63,408 nt of DNA, filler included, from Pirum gemmata (GCA_002812295.1; 27 parts of 27 records of this genome joined end to end with filler, not necessarily neighbours in it); one strand, 5' to 3'. Shown: positions 40,271-53,359, numbered from the whole stretch's first letter. Translations and numbers: made by a program. The notes: generated by a model from the sequence alone, not told the origin.

Positions 40271-40395
40271 CCATCAAACTACTTACGTCATTGAATTCGT
40301 TCTTAATGAAATTGAAAGTTCTTTTAACATTTGTTCATTTGTTGATGTACTATGACTAGAACTTTTCCCGCCACCGACACTTTTACTCTGCGAAA

Positions 40396-40428
<33 letters not shown>

Positions 40429-40639
40429 AAGTAGTAGAAGTAGAAGAAGTAGTGGTGGTGGTGGTGGTGGTGGTGGTGGTGGTGGTGGTGGTGATAGTAG
40501 TAGTGGTAGTAGTAGTAGTTGTAGTAGTAGTGGTGGTGGTGGTGGTGATGGTGGTGGTGGTGGTGGTGGTGGTAGTAGTAGTAGTAGTAGTATGTTAACG
40601 TTTTAATATTTGTTTATTTTTAAAAAGGAACCCCCTAAC

Positions 40640-41725
40640 CCTAATTATGACTTAAAACTATATGACTTAAACTATAACTAAACTATGACTAAAACTATTT
40701 AACTATACTTTTTTTCGTTTCAGGCAGAAAATACGGCACCTATATCAATACCTGTGAGGGGCTAGGGTTAGGATTTAAAAACTATGACTTAAATTATTTT
40801 AAAAGTAAGCGGCTTAAATTTTGACACAAAATATGACTATAATTATTTAACATACATTTTTCATTAGGGCAGAAAATACGGCACCTATATCAATGTTCGT
40901 GAGTAAGGTTATGATTAGGGTTTAAATATTATGACTTAAGTTATTTTTGAACTTATTTTGAAAGTATACGACTTAAATTTGACTAAAACTATGACTATAA
41001 TTAATTAACTTTAGTTTTTCATTTCTGGCAGAAAATACGGCACCCATGTTAATGCCCGTGGGGAGCTAGGGTTGGGATTTGAAAATTATGGCTTAAATTA
41101 TTTTAAAACTACATGCCTGAAATGTTGACCAAAACTATGACCATAACTAATTAACTTTACTTTTTCATTTCAATCAGAAAATACGGCACCCATACCAATG
41201 TCCGTGCGGGGCTAGGAATAAGGATTAAAAACTGTATGACTTAACCTATGACTAAAACTATATGACTAAAACTATGACTAAAACTATCACTATAATCATT
41301 TAAGTACATTTTCATTTCTGGTAGAAAATACAGCACTCATATCGATGCCCGTGAGGGATTAAGAAGACTACGACTTAAAACTATGACTAAATTATATGAC
41401 TTAATTTTTGACTAAAACTATGACAATAATTAACTAGCTATACTTTCCCATTTCGGGCAGACAATAAGGCACCCATATCAATGAATGCTTTAAAAACTAC
41501 ATGACTTCAACTATGACTTCAACTATGACTTAAACTATGACTTTAACTATGACTTTAACTATGACTTAAACTATGACTTAAACTATGACTTAAACTATGA
41601 CTTAAACTATGACTTTAACTATGATTTAAAACTATGACTTAAACTATGACTTACACTATGACTTTAAATATTTAATTATACCTTTTCAGTTCGCGGGGAA
41701 AATAAGCCACCCATATGGATTCCCG
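40640..41725 (+). repeat. Satellite with ~7 units of ~136-159 bp plus an (AAACTATGACTT)n subrepeat
   Basis: GGCAGAAAATACGGCACC.ATATCAATGCCCGTG anchor at ~40723, 40868, 41027, 41173, 41320, 41456, 41695; pure 12-mer run at 41490-41668. Confidence 0.9.
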
Positions 41726-42332
41726 TATGGGATTTGCGCATTTTCGCTAAAATTTTCTCTAATTTTCCAGTATAATATGACGGTTTTTCGCCCGAATCTT
41801 GTTTTTTTTTCGCATCCTAAAATAATTAAAAAAAAGAAATGTTATTTTTTCCGACAGAAATTATTTTTATTTTAATTTACAACGAACCTACCCTTCACCC
41901 AAACCCTCACCATAGCCCTACCCTACTCCTAACCCTAACCTAACCCTAACCCTAACCCTAACCCTAATCCTTATCCTAACCCTAACCCTAACCCTAACCC
42001 TAANNNNNNNNNNNNNNNNNNNNNNNNNNNNNNNNNNNNNNNNNNNNTTAATTAATTAANNNNNNNNNNNNNNNNNNNNNNNNNNNNNNNNNNNNNNNNN
42101 NNNATAATAATTATAATAAAAATTATAATAATAATAATAATATTAATTGTAATTATGGTCATATCAAATAATTAAGTATAATAATAGTAATACACACATT
42201 TTAATAATTTTCTAGTTTTTAATTAAAAAATTAATAATAAATATAGTTTTATTTTTAATAATAGTATTAAAATTATTTTAATATTTTAAATTTAATAATA
42301 ATTATAATAATATTAAGTAATAATAATCAACC

Positions 42333-43202
42333 ATGGTATGTCGTGGGGGCACAGACGTTTTTGACTACAACACTTACCGAAATACAAATAAAATGGATAT
42401 AAGAATAGAAGAAAACAGAAACATGAATAACAGAAACATGAATAACGAAAATAACAATCAATTTAGGTATAGTTTTAATAACAACATCTATAGTAATAAA
42501 ATACATTTCAAGAACGTAACTCAACAAACAGAACCTTTAAAATTCACCGCCAGTTTGCAAAAAATGCATTATAATGAATTTCGAGATGATATAAACTCAA
42601 TACCACAACCACAACCACAACCACATCATCACCATCCTCATAATACACACAACAATAAATTGTTCGTCAATAACACCCAACAAGATCCATTACAAGCAAC
42701 AAAAAGCTTGAGTAGTGATTGTTTTACGATGAGCAGCAAAAGTTTCAATAATCTAAATACTGAAAATTTTCAAGAAGAGTTTGAAGCTGTAAGTTCAGGG
42801 CTGAATAGCTTAAGTTTTAACGATCTCAATAAAATTCCCACGAAAAAATCAGCCATTGGACCTCAGAAATCACCCTTTTCCAAAAGCTGTAGTAGTAATA
42901 ATGATAAAACTAACGTGAAGAAGAATCTAAAAAAATTACAAGAACAAAAATTTTATTTGAATTTGATTATGAAAGCGTCATCAAAGGACAGAGTTCATAA
43001 ATTATTAAACTTAAACAAAAAAGCGACATCATCTGAAATTAAAAAGAAATACAAAATTGTGTCATTATTGATACACCCTGATAAATGTAAAGATGCTAGA
43101 GCCAACGATGCTTTTCAAAAGTTAAGTTCGGCTATGGCTAAAAAAGAGAATTGGAGTATTTTAGATGAAATGGAATATAGTGATAGTGATGATGATGACC
43201 TT

Positions 43203-43247
<45 letters not shown>

Positions 43248-43358
43248 ACTTTTAAAGTGGACAAATCTTGTCGTACTTTTGACTGGGTTGATGATTTTTT
43301 TGCCTCTATACTTACAAAAAGAAGAAAAGATTATAAAGCACAACACGGTAGCCTATAA
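42333..43358 (+). CDS. Class C J-domain (DnaJ) protein with an Asn-rich N-terminus and acidic tail
   Basis: LLNLNKKATSSEIKKKYKIVSLLIHPDKCKDARANDAFQKL contains the HPD motif. Confidence 0.87.
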
Positions 43359-44138
43359 AAATTAATATTATATTATGACAAAAAAAAAATCATGATATTT
43401 ATTGTGTATTAGTGATAAATAAAAATAAAAACAATAAAAAGATGTGCACGTAATTAGTATTTACGTTTTTGTTTTGTAAATTATCAGGGAGTTTTACAAT
43501 TTACATAGTAAACATAATAAAAAAGACTTAATGAAAAAGGCAAATTTATCAACTAGTTTGTTGAAATGTATTTTTCTATTTAATTAATCAAACAAACCAG
43601 TACTAACAAACCGTTATGTTTCTTTACATTCGTTTATTTGTCTTTTTTAGGAAAACAAAACTTAGAAAGTCATAATTTTAAAATAATAATGATAATAACA
43701 ATATTTATATTTAATTATCATTAGTTGTGTTTTTTGCCCCTTTGTATTTTTTATCATTTTTTTAATATATATTTATATATTACTTATATTATTTTATCAT
43801 AACACTTCTCCAACGCTATATAATACCATGTATCTGGATACGTACTATTTTGTACGAGAGGATTTTTTTATGAGACCTACCTACCACAGGCCTCATGCTA
43901 TTTTTCTGTTCTATTATTTCTATATGTTGTTGCATGTAATTTTGTTTGGTTGGCATTTTCAGTTCGTAATATATAATGGTACCCAGAAATTTTCTATACT
44001 GTATTATGTATAATATATATTTATAAAAAATACAATTTCATATTACAATTAACACAAAAAGAAAAAAAAATTAAGTTAATCATTAATTTATTGATACAAG
44101 TTGTTATATTATGTATGATATGATAAAAACAAAAGAAA

Positions 44139-44211
44139 TGGAGCAGCTGGGCATCGATCCCAGTACCTCTCGCATGCTAAGCGAGCGCTCTACCATTTGA
44201 GCTACAGCCGT
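44139..44211 (-). tRNA. tRNA-Ala(AGC); positions 1-2 of the acceptor stem do not pair
   Basis: ACGGCTGTAGCTCAAATGGTAGAGCGCTCGCTTAGCATGCGAGAGGTACTGGGATCGATGCCCAGCTGCTCCA; G3:U70 pair; eukaryotic Ala-type T-loop ATCGATG; downstream oligo-T terminator. Confidence 0.9.
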
Positions 44212-44961
44212 TTTCTNNNNNNNNNNNNNNNNNNNNNNNNNNNNNNNNNNNNNNNNNNNNTTAATTAATTAANNNNNNNNNNNNNNNNNNNNNNNNNNNN
44301 NNNNNNNNNNNNNNNNATCTAGAGCTTAAAACAAGCAAACTTTGTTATTGAATTTTCTTCTGAAGGCTGGTTTACAATTTTACATCGTGGTTGCATTATT
44401 GGCCATTTGACTCCATTCTCGACTCTCTAGATACAAAAGAAGAGAAAAAGGTGTATAGTCTGAAAGGTGTTAGATAATAGTTTTTAAATACACGGGAGAT
44501 TAGGAATCATCCATAAAGGATGTCAGCTCATCTTACCTTTGCCTCTTTGTCCAAAACACTTTTGGTCATAATTTTAAGATTCATTTTAATAATCACTACC
44601 TAAACAGTTTAAGTCACACTTTCGAGCAATGACTTCTATCACAGAATAAGTGACGTTTCTTATATATATTATGATAGACATGCCAATTTAGTCTACTTGT
44701 TATATTATATCATATTATTAAACTATATCATACTCAGTTTTCGGAACTGTATGTTGCCAGCCTACTTTTCCATAGAAAAAAAAACAAAAAAAGCAAAATG
44801 GTAGAAAATCGACAAATAAAAAACCTTTATCACAGAGACATTTCTTAAAAATTACTTCCACGTTTGGTAGTATAGACTAGTCTATATAATATATAATATA
44901 GTCTATCCAATATATTGATATCGATAGTTTTGGGGTTGTTTCGGGTTTAGTTTTCTCAGCC

Positions 44962-45010
<49 letters not shown>

Positions 45011-45480
45011 CGACTTCTACGACTGTAGACTATGGGGCAAACGTCCAACTTTTGAGTTTCACCAGAATTTTCAGTTTTCGAATATAAGTAATGTAATAGG
45101 TCATGTATTTTTAAAATAGGTTTGAAATTTTGAAGCATAGTCTAAAAAAAAAAAAAAAAAAAAGTAAGACGTTTTTAGAATTGTTTGTACCACAGCGTAA
45201 CCCTCACTGCTGGCAGCCTCTATTTGGTAGAGGGCAGATGGTAGAAATTTATGCCTTTTGGTACAAATTTCTACCTTGACTTGAAAACGTAAAAATAATT
45301 CTTAATTATTAAAGGTAGGAAAAGTTCTAACTCGGTTTTCGAATGTGGATATTTTCATTATTAATTAATAAAAGAGAAGAAGTAGTTTAAAGATATGCTA
45401 ATTATTAATGCGAAAGTTTTTTAAAAGTCAATAGCTTGATTTTGCCGAAAAAAATGACACTGAATTTAGCTGAATTTAGC

Positions 45481-46020
45481 TATTGTTACTATGAAGATGA
45501 TTAGTAAAAGACAACTATGTATTATAGTACATGACTTTAAATCTTTATAATTATTATATTTATAATAATTATCATCTTCATAGCAGCAACAGCAATGGAG
45601 ATATGAGCATTTTAAAGGAAGTCTAGGGACCCGTGTCACCGCTTAGGGGTTCATATCACTTTAACTCAATAAATAAAATAAATAAAAAAACAGAATATTA
45701 TCAAATTGTTTAAATTTGCAATCTAATGATTTATATATATTATTATTTTGGTATTTTATAGATTTTTATTAATTAATGCCAAAACAAATGTATAGTTACA
45801 ATATGATATGGGGTAGTGACCCCGGTCTCTAGACTTTCTTTAAACGTTCATATAAATCACCCATTGCTATATTATACATATTGTTACTATGAAGATGATC
45901 ATTTAGACAACTATATAGTATTAATACATGACTTAATCTTTATACTTATAATAATCCTCATCATCTTCATAGCAGCAACAGCAACAGAGATATGAGCGTT
46001 TAATAGAGAAGGTCTAGGAA
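45481..46020. repeat. Array of alternating inverted repeats with a ~400-bp period; core is TTAAAGGAAGTCTAG...CTAGACTTTCTTTAA
   Basis: Arm X at 45571-45639 and 45960-46020; reverse complement at 45481-45501 and 45817-45899. Confidence 0.78.
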
Positions 46021-47761
46021 NNNNNNNNNNTTTTCGTTTTGACATTTTTAAATCAATACTGTAGATAATAAATATGCTAAATTAAATTAAATGGATTTAT
46101 ATTATATTAATTTGGTACTATTTATTGTATAGTTCATGATGACAAAGCAACTGAAAAGCACGTGTACTATATAGATTTTAATTAATGACAAAAGTTCTTG
46201 TCAGAGTCCTTACTAGACTAGTACAATTAAAAATTAATCAAAACGAAAACTATTATGAATGCTAATATTTAACTACATAGACCTATGGGAAGAACTTTTA
46301 AATACAATTGATTGCGATCAATGCAGTGATTGAAAATAATATTATGCAAAAGTATTATAATATTATGTATAACACAAATCAAAAATTTACAACTGTANTT
46401 ACCCGAGTGCCATTTATTATGTTATCATTTTCATCAATATCAACATCATAGCTACTAAAAGAAAAGTCGTTATTAATAGTTGAAGATTGTATGGTAGCGT
46501 TATTACTATTATTATTATTATTTTTATTAGCATTATTAGCGTTATTACTATTATTATTATTATTATTATTACTATAACAAAGGGGAAAAGATGTTTGTGT
46601 TTTGTGTTAGTTGGATATTGATCTAAAAGATTCAGTAAATAAAAGAATCTATCCTATACGTAACAAAGCTTTTATTCTTTTCTTAGATTATTATTTGATT
46701 TATTTTGTTGTCATTTTCAAATTACTATGTATTAATAACGTTTTCTTAAGAAAATAGTTATTTATTAATAAAACCAATTACAATTCTAATTACTATATCT
46801 TAATTACAAGCTGAATTTAACACTCTTATTTTTTTTCTTAATAACAGCCAAGCCAGATAAAACTGTAAAAATATATTTTTTTTAGGCACCTTTAATTCTA
46901 ACTAGCCAAATTATTTTTAAAAACTAGCTATTGGTTCATAATAAAGTTTTCTTAGTTAAAAGATTTCTCAAAATTTGGTAGTACTTGTATTAAAATTGGA
47001 TCATTTTGAGATTTTTGGATTTTTGAGTTCATATGCTACGGCGGTCGCTTGGTAGTTTTTTTTTTTTAACAGGCAAGCCGGATAAAACTGTAGTCTAGAA
47101 ATCATTTTTTTTTTAGACTTCTTTTCTAGAAGCTTTTAATAATAACTGACCAAATAATTTTTAAAAAATAGCTATTGGTTCATAAAAGAGTTTTCTTAGT
47201 AAGCCGATTCCTCATAATTTGGCAGCACTTTCATTAAAAAATTGGATGTCGCCATTTTTATATAGAAANNNNNNNNNNNNNNNNNNNNNNNNNNNNNNNN
47301 NNNNNNNNNNNNTTAATTAATTAANNNNNNNNNNNNNNNNNNNNNNNNNNNNNNNNNNNNNNNNNNNNCAACAACAACAACAACAGCAACAGCAACAACA
47401 GCAGCAACAACTACAACAGCAAGAAGAATATTTGTTACAACAAAAATTGTTACTTTTAATAGAACCTCAGAGTTTAAAGTCCACAGTATCATTTCGTGAA
47501 AATTTGAAAACTAAATTATTACAAAAACAACGACGTCAAACTCATAAATGTGTACAGACCACAGCTGTATTTGTTAAATGATAAAATAAAATAGACCCCG
47601 GATTTAACATTATATTTGAAATAAAACAGTAAGGGTGAGATGACGTCATTTTATATGGGCTCGATAAGCATCTGTTCGAAAAAAGTTCCAGTAGATATCT
47701 CACCCCTACTAATAAAGCCCCCTCTCTATATCATAGAAAACAGTTAGAAAACCCTACATTA

Positions 47762-47974
47762 GGCCCCAATTCTGCTCAAACCCGAAAACTCAAATTTCTG
47801 CTGTCAAAAAAAGCCAAAATTCAGCTCCGTTCGAAAAATATTTTTTTTTCGTATTTTTCGGGTTTATTTATAAATAAATATATTTGAATACTAAATTTTA
47901 AGCTTGAAAATTTCGAACTTATTAATTAATACATATAGACTCGAATCTCGATTTTTCAACAGAGCAGAATTGGG
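47762..47974 (+). mobile_element. MITE family F, ~210 bp; second copy at 54249-54435
   Basis: 13-bp TIR CCCAATTCTGCTC...GAGCAGAATTGGG; near-identical interior on two contigs. Confidence 0.75.
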
Positions 47975-48008
47975 AGAAGCTACCCTACATACCGGAATAC
48001 CCTAGTAA

Positions 48009-48330
48009 TACCCTACATATTTAGAAAAATCCCAATAAAGTTTTTTAAAAAAAATCATATATTTTTTAGTTTAATTACTAATTTTGCGAGTTTAAACACC
48101 AAATTTGATTAAAAATACCAAATTTATATATTTGATTATCTAATTTAGAAAAACTTTACATATTTATAAATACCCTACATATGTAAAAAAAATCCCAATA
48201 AAATTTTTAAAAATCATATTTTTTAGAAAAAAACCCTATATTTTTCAAATTAATTGCTAATTTTGCGAATTTAAACACCAAATTTGATTGAAAAATACCA
48301 AATTTATATATTTGATTACCAATTTTAGAT
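48009..48330 (+). repeat. Tandem duplication with a ~160-bp unit starting TACCCTACATAT
   Basis: CTAATTTTGCGA.TTTAAACACCAAATTTGATT.AAAATACCAAATTTATATATTTGATTA occurs twice. Confidence 0.85.
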
Positions 48331-48341
48331 AAAAGGATCCG

Positions 48342-48788
48342 CTATATATATATTTGTGTGTTTTTAGTACACTCTAAATTAACAGTTACATTTTTTAAAA
48401 TATTGTTATTTTTAATATTTCTATGATGTTCATAAAATGTTAACAATTCTTGATATTCGATATCTATTAACAAACTCTTATTATTTTCATAAATACCAGC
48501 TAAATATTTTATACGATTAATCTTTGTTATTTTTTTTTCGTTTTTAATTCTTCTTCTTTCTTTTTCTTTTTCTTTTTCAACAGGTGGTTGATTTGCTAAT
48601 ACAAAAACTGGGTGAATATTGTGTTTACGTAAGTTAGAAATTAAATAAATAAAATAGTGTAAATATAACAAAAATGATATAAATTTTATAATTGATATAT
48701 TATCACAATATAAAAAAACAGTAAAAAATAAACATGATTTAAAACAAATCCAATTAATGTTTGTTTTTTTATATGTAAAGATAAACAT
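48342..48788 (-). pseudogene. Degenerate XPG/FEN1 (RAD2) N-domain-like fragment
   Basis: LISNLRKHNIHPVFVLANQPPVEKEKEKERRR resembles XPG-N 'I.PVFVFDG.PP..K..E..RR'; the catalytic DG is replaced by AN. Confidence 0.45.
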
Positions 48789-49128
48789 ATATTTAATACA
48801 ATATTTAAAAATTATTTATTATTTATTATTTATAAATAATTTAATATTTATAATATTTAAAATATTTATAGTTTAATCTTTATTTTCCATTGTTTCGTTT
48901 TTCCTCTGGTTGAAAAAGAAAATTTACCAATTATTCTCACTCTTTAAAATATCACTTTTTGTTAATGCCCTATTGCATCTGATACAGTAAATCAAATCAA
49001 TTAACCAATCCTTTATTCTCTCATCCCAGTTTTTAATTAGAAAAAAATATTATTTTTATTAATAATAATAAATAATAATAAATGATAATAATAAATAAAT
49101 AATAATAACATTTAAAATGGAACAATAA

Positions 49129-49170
<42 letters not shown>

Positions 49171-49532
49171 TATGTCTATATATATTTCGTAATCTATCAC
49201 ATCTTGTAACTGACATTTTAGCTTCCTTATTAAAACATGGGTTAGATTTGTTACATTTTGATTGAGGAATTCTCTTATTTAATTGTGTCATAGTAAGTAA
49301 TTTTTTTATTTATTTATTATATGATAATATAATATTATAAACGAATTCCCTCTTTCTGGTTGGTGGAGTTATAATACAATGAATTTTTTTATTTCTATTA
49401 TTATTTCTATTTCTATTTCTATTTCTATTTCTNNNNNNNNNNNNNNNNNNNNNNNNNNNNNNNNNNNNNNNNNNNNTTAATTAATTAANNNNNNNNNNNN
49501 NNNNNNNNNNNNNNNNNNNNNNNNNNNNNNNN

Positions 49533-50970
49533 ACCCTAACCCTAACCTTAACCCTAACCCTAACCCTTACACTAACACTAACCCTAGCCCTAACCCTAAC
49601 CCCAAGCTGACCCTTTCCACTCAGAGTTTGTTGGCTTTTTTGCAATATTTTTGGTGTGATTATAATGTTCATACGGGGTCAATATCCCTCCCCACCCTTT
49701 ACTTTAACTTATAAGCCTCAAAAACTTGTGGTGGAAGTATTCTAAAAAATTATTTATCATGTTCGAACAAAACTTTTTGGTGTATCGATAACAATTGTAA
49801 TTAACCTAATCAAATCTCAATAATAGATCACGTGTTCACAGCTCAAGTTAAGAAATCACTGCTCATTGGACTGTGATAATCAATAGCACATCTGTAGCTA
49901 GACATCTGTAGTGCATCTGTAGCGCATCAGTAGCACCTGTAGCACCAATTATATTGACGCGTGCGTAGCAGTTACAAAGGCAGATCAATCGATATGATAA
50001 TGCTAATCAGAGATGTCAAGGAAGAGTGTGCACTGTGCAGGAGAAGGGCAGGGTATAGACTAGTGCAGGAAAAAAAAAAAAAAAGAAAATCCATCAAAAA
50101 TTGGTTTATTAGTATTTTGCTTGAATTTTTTGTAAAAATTTAATAATAATATAGCTAGTATAGCTAGTATGGGTTGAAAAAAGAAGAAAAATAGTATTTT
50201 CCTTTTTTCGTTAATTTTGAGTTTAGTAATTGATTAATTAAAGTGATTGTAATATAATATATTATTATATTTTTAATGTTGTGTGTAGTAATAGTAGTAT
50301 ATATCTGATAGTGTGTTTTCTTTTTAAGTGTATGATTATGATTTATATTGTTTTTTTTCCTCACCCACCCACCCTAACCCTAACCCTAACCCTAATCCTA
50401 ATCCTAACCCTAACCCTAACCCTAACCCTAACCCTAACCCTAACCCTAACCCTAACCCTAACCAAACCCTAACCCTAACCCTTACACTAAAACTAACCCT
50501 AGCCCTAACCCTAACCCCAAGCTGACCCTTTCCACACCAGGGTTTGTTGGCTTTTTTGCAATATTTTTGGTGTGATTATAACGTTCATACGGGGTCAATA
50601 TCCCTCCCCACCCTTTACTTTTACTTATAAGCCTCAAAAACTTGTGGACAATGTGGAAGTATTAAAAAATTATTTATTATGTTCGAACAAAACTTTGGTG
50701 TATCGATAACAATTGTAATTAACCCAATCAATTCTCAATAATAGATCACGTTTACTTTTACTTATAAGCCTCAAAAACTTGTGGACAATGTGGAAGTATT
50801 AACAAATTATTTATCATGTTCGAACAAACCCTAACCCTAACCCTAACCCTAACCCTAACCCTAACCCTAACTCTAACCAATCAATTCTCAATAATAGATC
50901 ACGTGATCACAGCTCAAGTTAATAAATCACTGCTCATTGGACTGTGATAATCAATAGCGCATCTGTAGCA
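49533..50970 (+). repeat. Duplicated ~370-bp telomere-adjacent unit (49533-49900, 50373-50750, and a partial third copy at 50751-50970)
   Basis: CCCAAGCTGACCCTTTCCAC...TTCATACGGGGTCAATATCCCTCCCCACCCTTTAC...AATAGATCACGT repeated. Confidence 0.9.
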
Positions 50971-51672
50971 GAGATGTCAAATCCGAGGTTTTTTCGAGAA
51001 ATTTCCCGACCGACCGGACCGACTAATTTTCCTTCCCGAACCGACCGGACCGTTTAAAATTTTTTTCCCGACCGACCAACCGACCATTTTGCTATTTTTT
51101 TGGGTACTTTTCCAAATTCCCCATTTTCTGCTCATTTTTCACTCATTTTAACCATTTTCTGCTTTAGACTATTACAAGGACTTCAAAAAAAAAAACTTGA
51201 AGTCCTTGACTATTATTAAATTTTTTTTTACTTTTCACAGTCTTTTCACTCACTTCCTACTAGCTAGCTAGCTGTCTATCGTACTATAATGACACATATT
51301 ATTATAAAAAAAAAATATTACAAATTGGTTTATTTTGAGGGGTTCACTTTAATTATTAATTAATCACCGTAAATAAAACGACCAAAAAGTTCATTTTTTA
51401 CAAAACTGGACATTACAACTCTATTACTTAAAGTTGTAGCATCAATTCTACTCCTATTTCAACGACTAAGGAACTACTACTACTAAGTCTAGAAGTAGTA
51501 GAATTAGTGGTAGTGGTAGTGGTAGTAGAAGCGGTAGCAGTAGCAGGAGTAGCAGTAGTAGTAGTAGTAGTANNNNNNNNNNNNNNNNNNNNNNNNNNNN
51601 NNNNNNNNNNNNNNNNTTAATTAATTAANNNNNNNNNNNNNNNNNNNNNNNNNNNNNNNNNNNNNNNNNNNN

Positions 51673-51704
<32 letters not shown>

Positions 51705-51769
51705 TCGTCGTCGTCGTCGTAGTAGTAGTAGTGATAGAAGTGGTAGTAGTGGTAGTAATCGTAGTGGTA

Positions 51770-51806
<37 letters not shown>

Positions 51807-51813
51807 ATAGTAG

Positions 51814-51865
<52 letters not shown>

Positions 51866-52144
51866 CAGTAATATTAATAGTAAAATTAATAGTGTTAGTA
51901 GTAATGGTGGCGGTGGTGGTAGCAGTAATAGTAGTAATAATAGTAGTAGTATTAATATTAGTAGTATTAGTAGTAGTAATAGATAGTAGTAATAAATAGT
52001 AGTATTAGTAGTTATTCTGTATTTGTAATTGTGTATATGTAGTTTTGGTCCATAAAGTTTTTATGTATTTTAATAAATTTTGACGTTGTTTGTTTATGTA
52101 GGTGGAAAGTTGTATCAAAGCCAACAAAATTTGCAAAGAAAGAG

Positions 52145-53060
52145 AGTTTCCTGTTCGAAAATCATAAAAATTCAAGTTTCAAACTTATGAACTCAGACAA
52201 AAAATCGAGCATATTTTTCGAATAAGTAAAAAATGATATATATATATTATTGATAAAATGACGATTCTCAGTATAGTAAAATATAGTTTCCTGTTCGAAA
52301 ACCATAGAAACGCAAGTTTCAAACTTATGAACACAGAAAAAAAAATCGAGCACATTTTTCGAATAAGTAAAAAATGAAATATATATAATATTGATAAAAC
52401 GACGATTCTCAGTATAGTAAAATATATAGTTTCCTGTTCGAAAATCATAGAAACGCAAGTTTAAAACTTATGAACACAGAAAAAAAAATCAAGCACATTT
52501 TTCGAATAAGTAAAAAATTATATATAGACTCTATATATATAGTATTAGTATAGTATTGATAAAATAATGGTTCTTAGTTAGTAAAATAGATAGTTTCCTG
52601 TTCGAAAATCATAAAAACGCAAGTTTTCAAACTTATGAACACAGGAAAAAAAATCAAGCACATTTTTCGAATAAGTAAAAAATGATATATATATATAGGG
52701 TATAATAGCATTGATAAAATGACGATTCTCAGTATAGTAAAACATAGCTTCCTGTTCGAAAATCATAGAAACGCAAGTTTCAAACTTATGAACGCAGAAT
52801 AAAAATCGAGCACATTTCTCATTATAGTAAAATAGTTTCCTGTTCGAAAATCATAAAAACACTAGTTTTAAACTTATGAACACAGAAAAAAAAATCAAGC
52901 ACATTTTTCGAATAAGTAAAAAATATGTATGTATTGATAAAATAGTGATTCTTAGTATAGTAAAATATAGTTTCCTGTTCGAAAATCATAAAACCGCAAG
53001 TTTCAAACTTATGAACACAGAAAAAAAAATTCAGCACATTTTTCGAATAAGTAAAAAATG
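52145..53060 (+). repeat. AT-rich satellite, seven units of ~135-164 bp (one truncated to ~88 bp)
   Basis: AGTTTCCTGTTCGAAAATCATA anchor at ~52145, 52285, 52428, 52592, 52746, 52834, 52969. Confidence 0.93.
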
Positions 53061-53359
53061 ATGTATTATATATATATAGGGCCTATACGAATACCCGTGT
53101 AAAGGAAAAAAAGGGGCCACAGGCCCCGCCCGCAAGCAGCCCGCAAGAATAATAATTATAATTATAATAATAATAATAATTACTAATAAATAGATTCATA
53201 GCTTTTATTATTGTGTATATCGTATATTTAGGGAGATTACTAATAAATAGATTCATAGCTTTTATTATTANNNNNNNNNNNNNNNNNNNNNNNNNNNNNN
53301 NNNNNNNNNNNNNNNNNNNNNNNNNNNNNNNNNNNNNNNNNNNNNNNNNNNNNNNNNNN

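Noticed and set aside
40630..40650. Telomerase RNA template (CTAACCCTAA in unique context)
   Set aside because: Such short matches are everywhere in this window and no supporting structure can be shown
52145..53060. CRISPR array or protein-coding repeats (ORFs 52162-53061)
   Set aside because: Whole units are conserved with no unique spacers, and the ORFs shift frame between units
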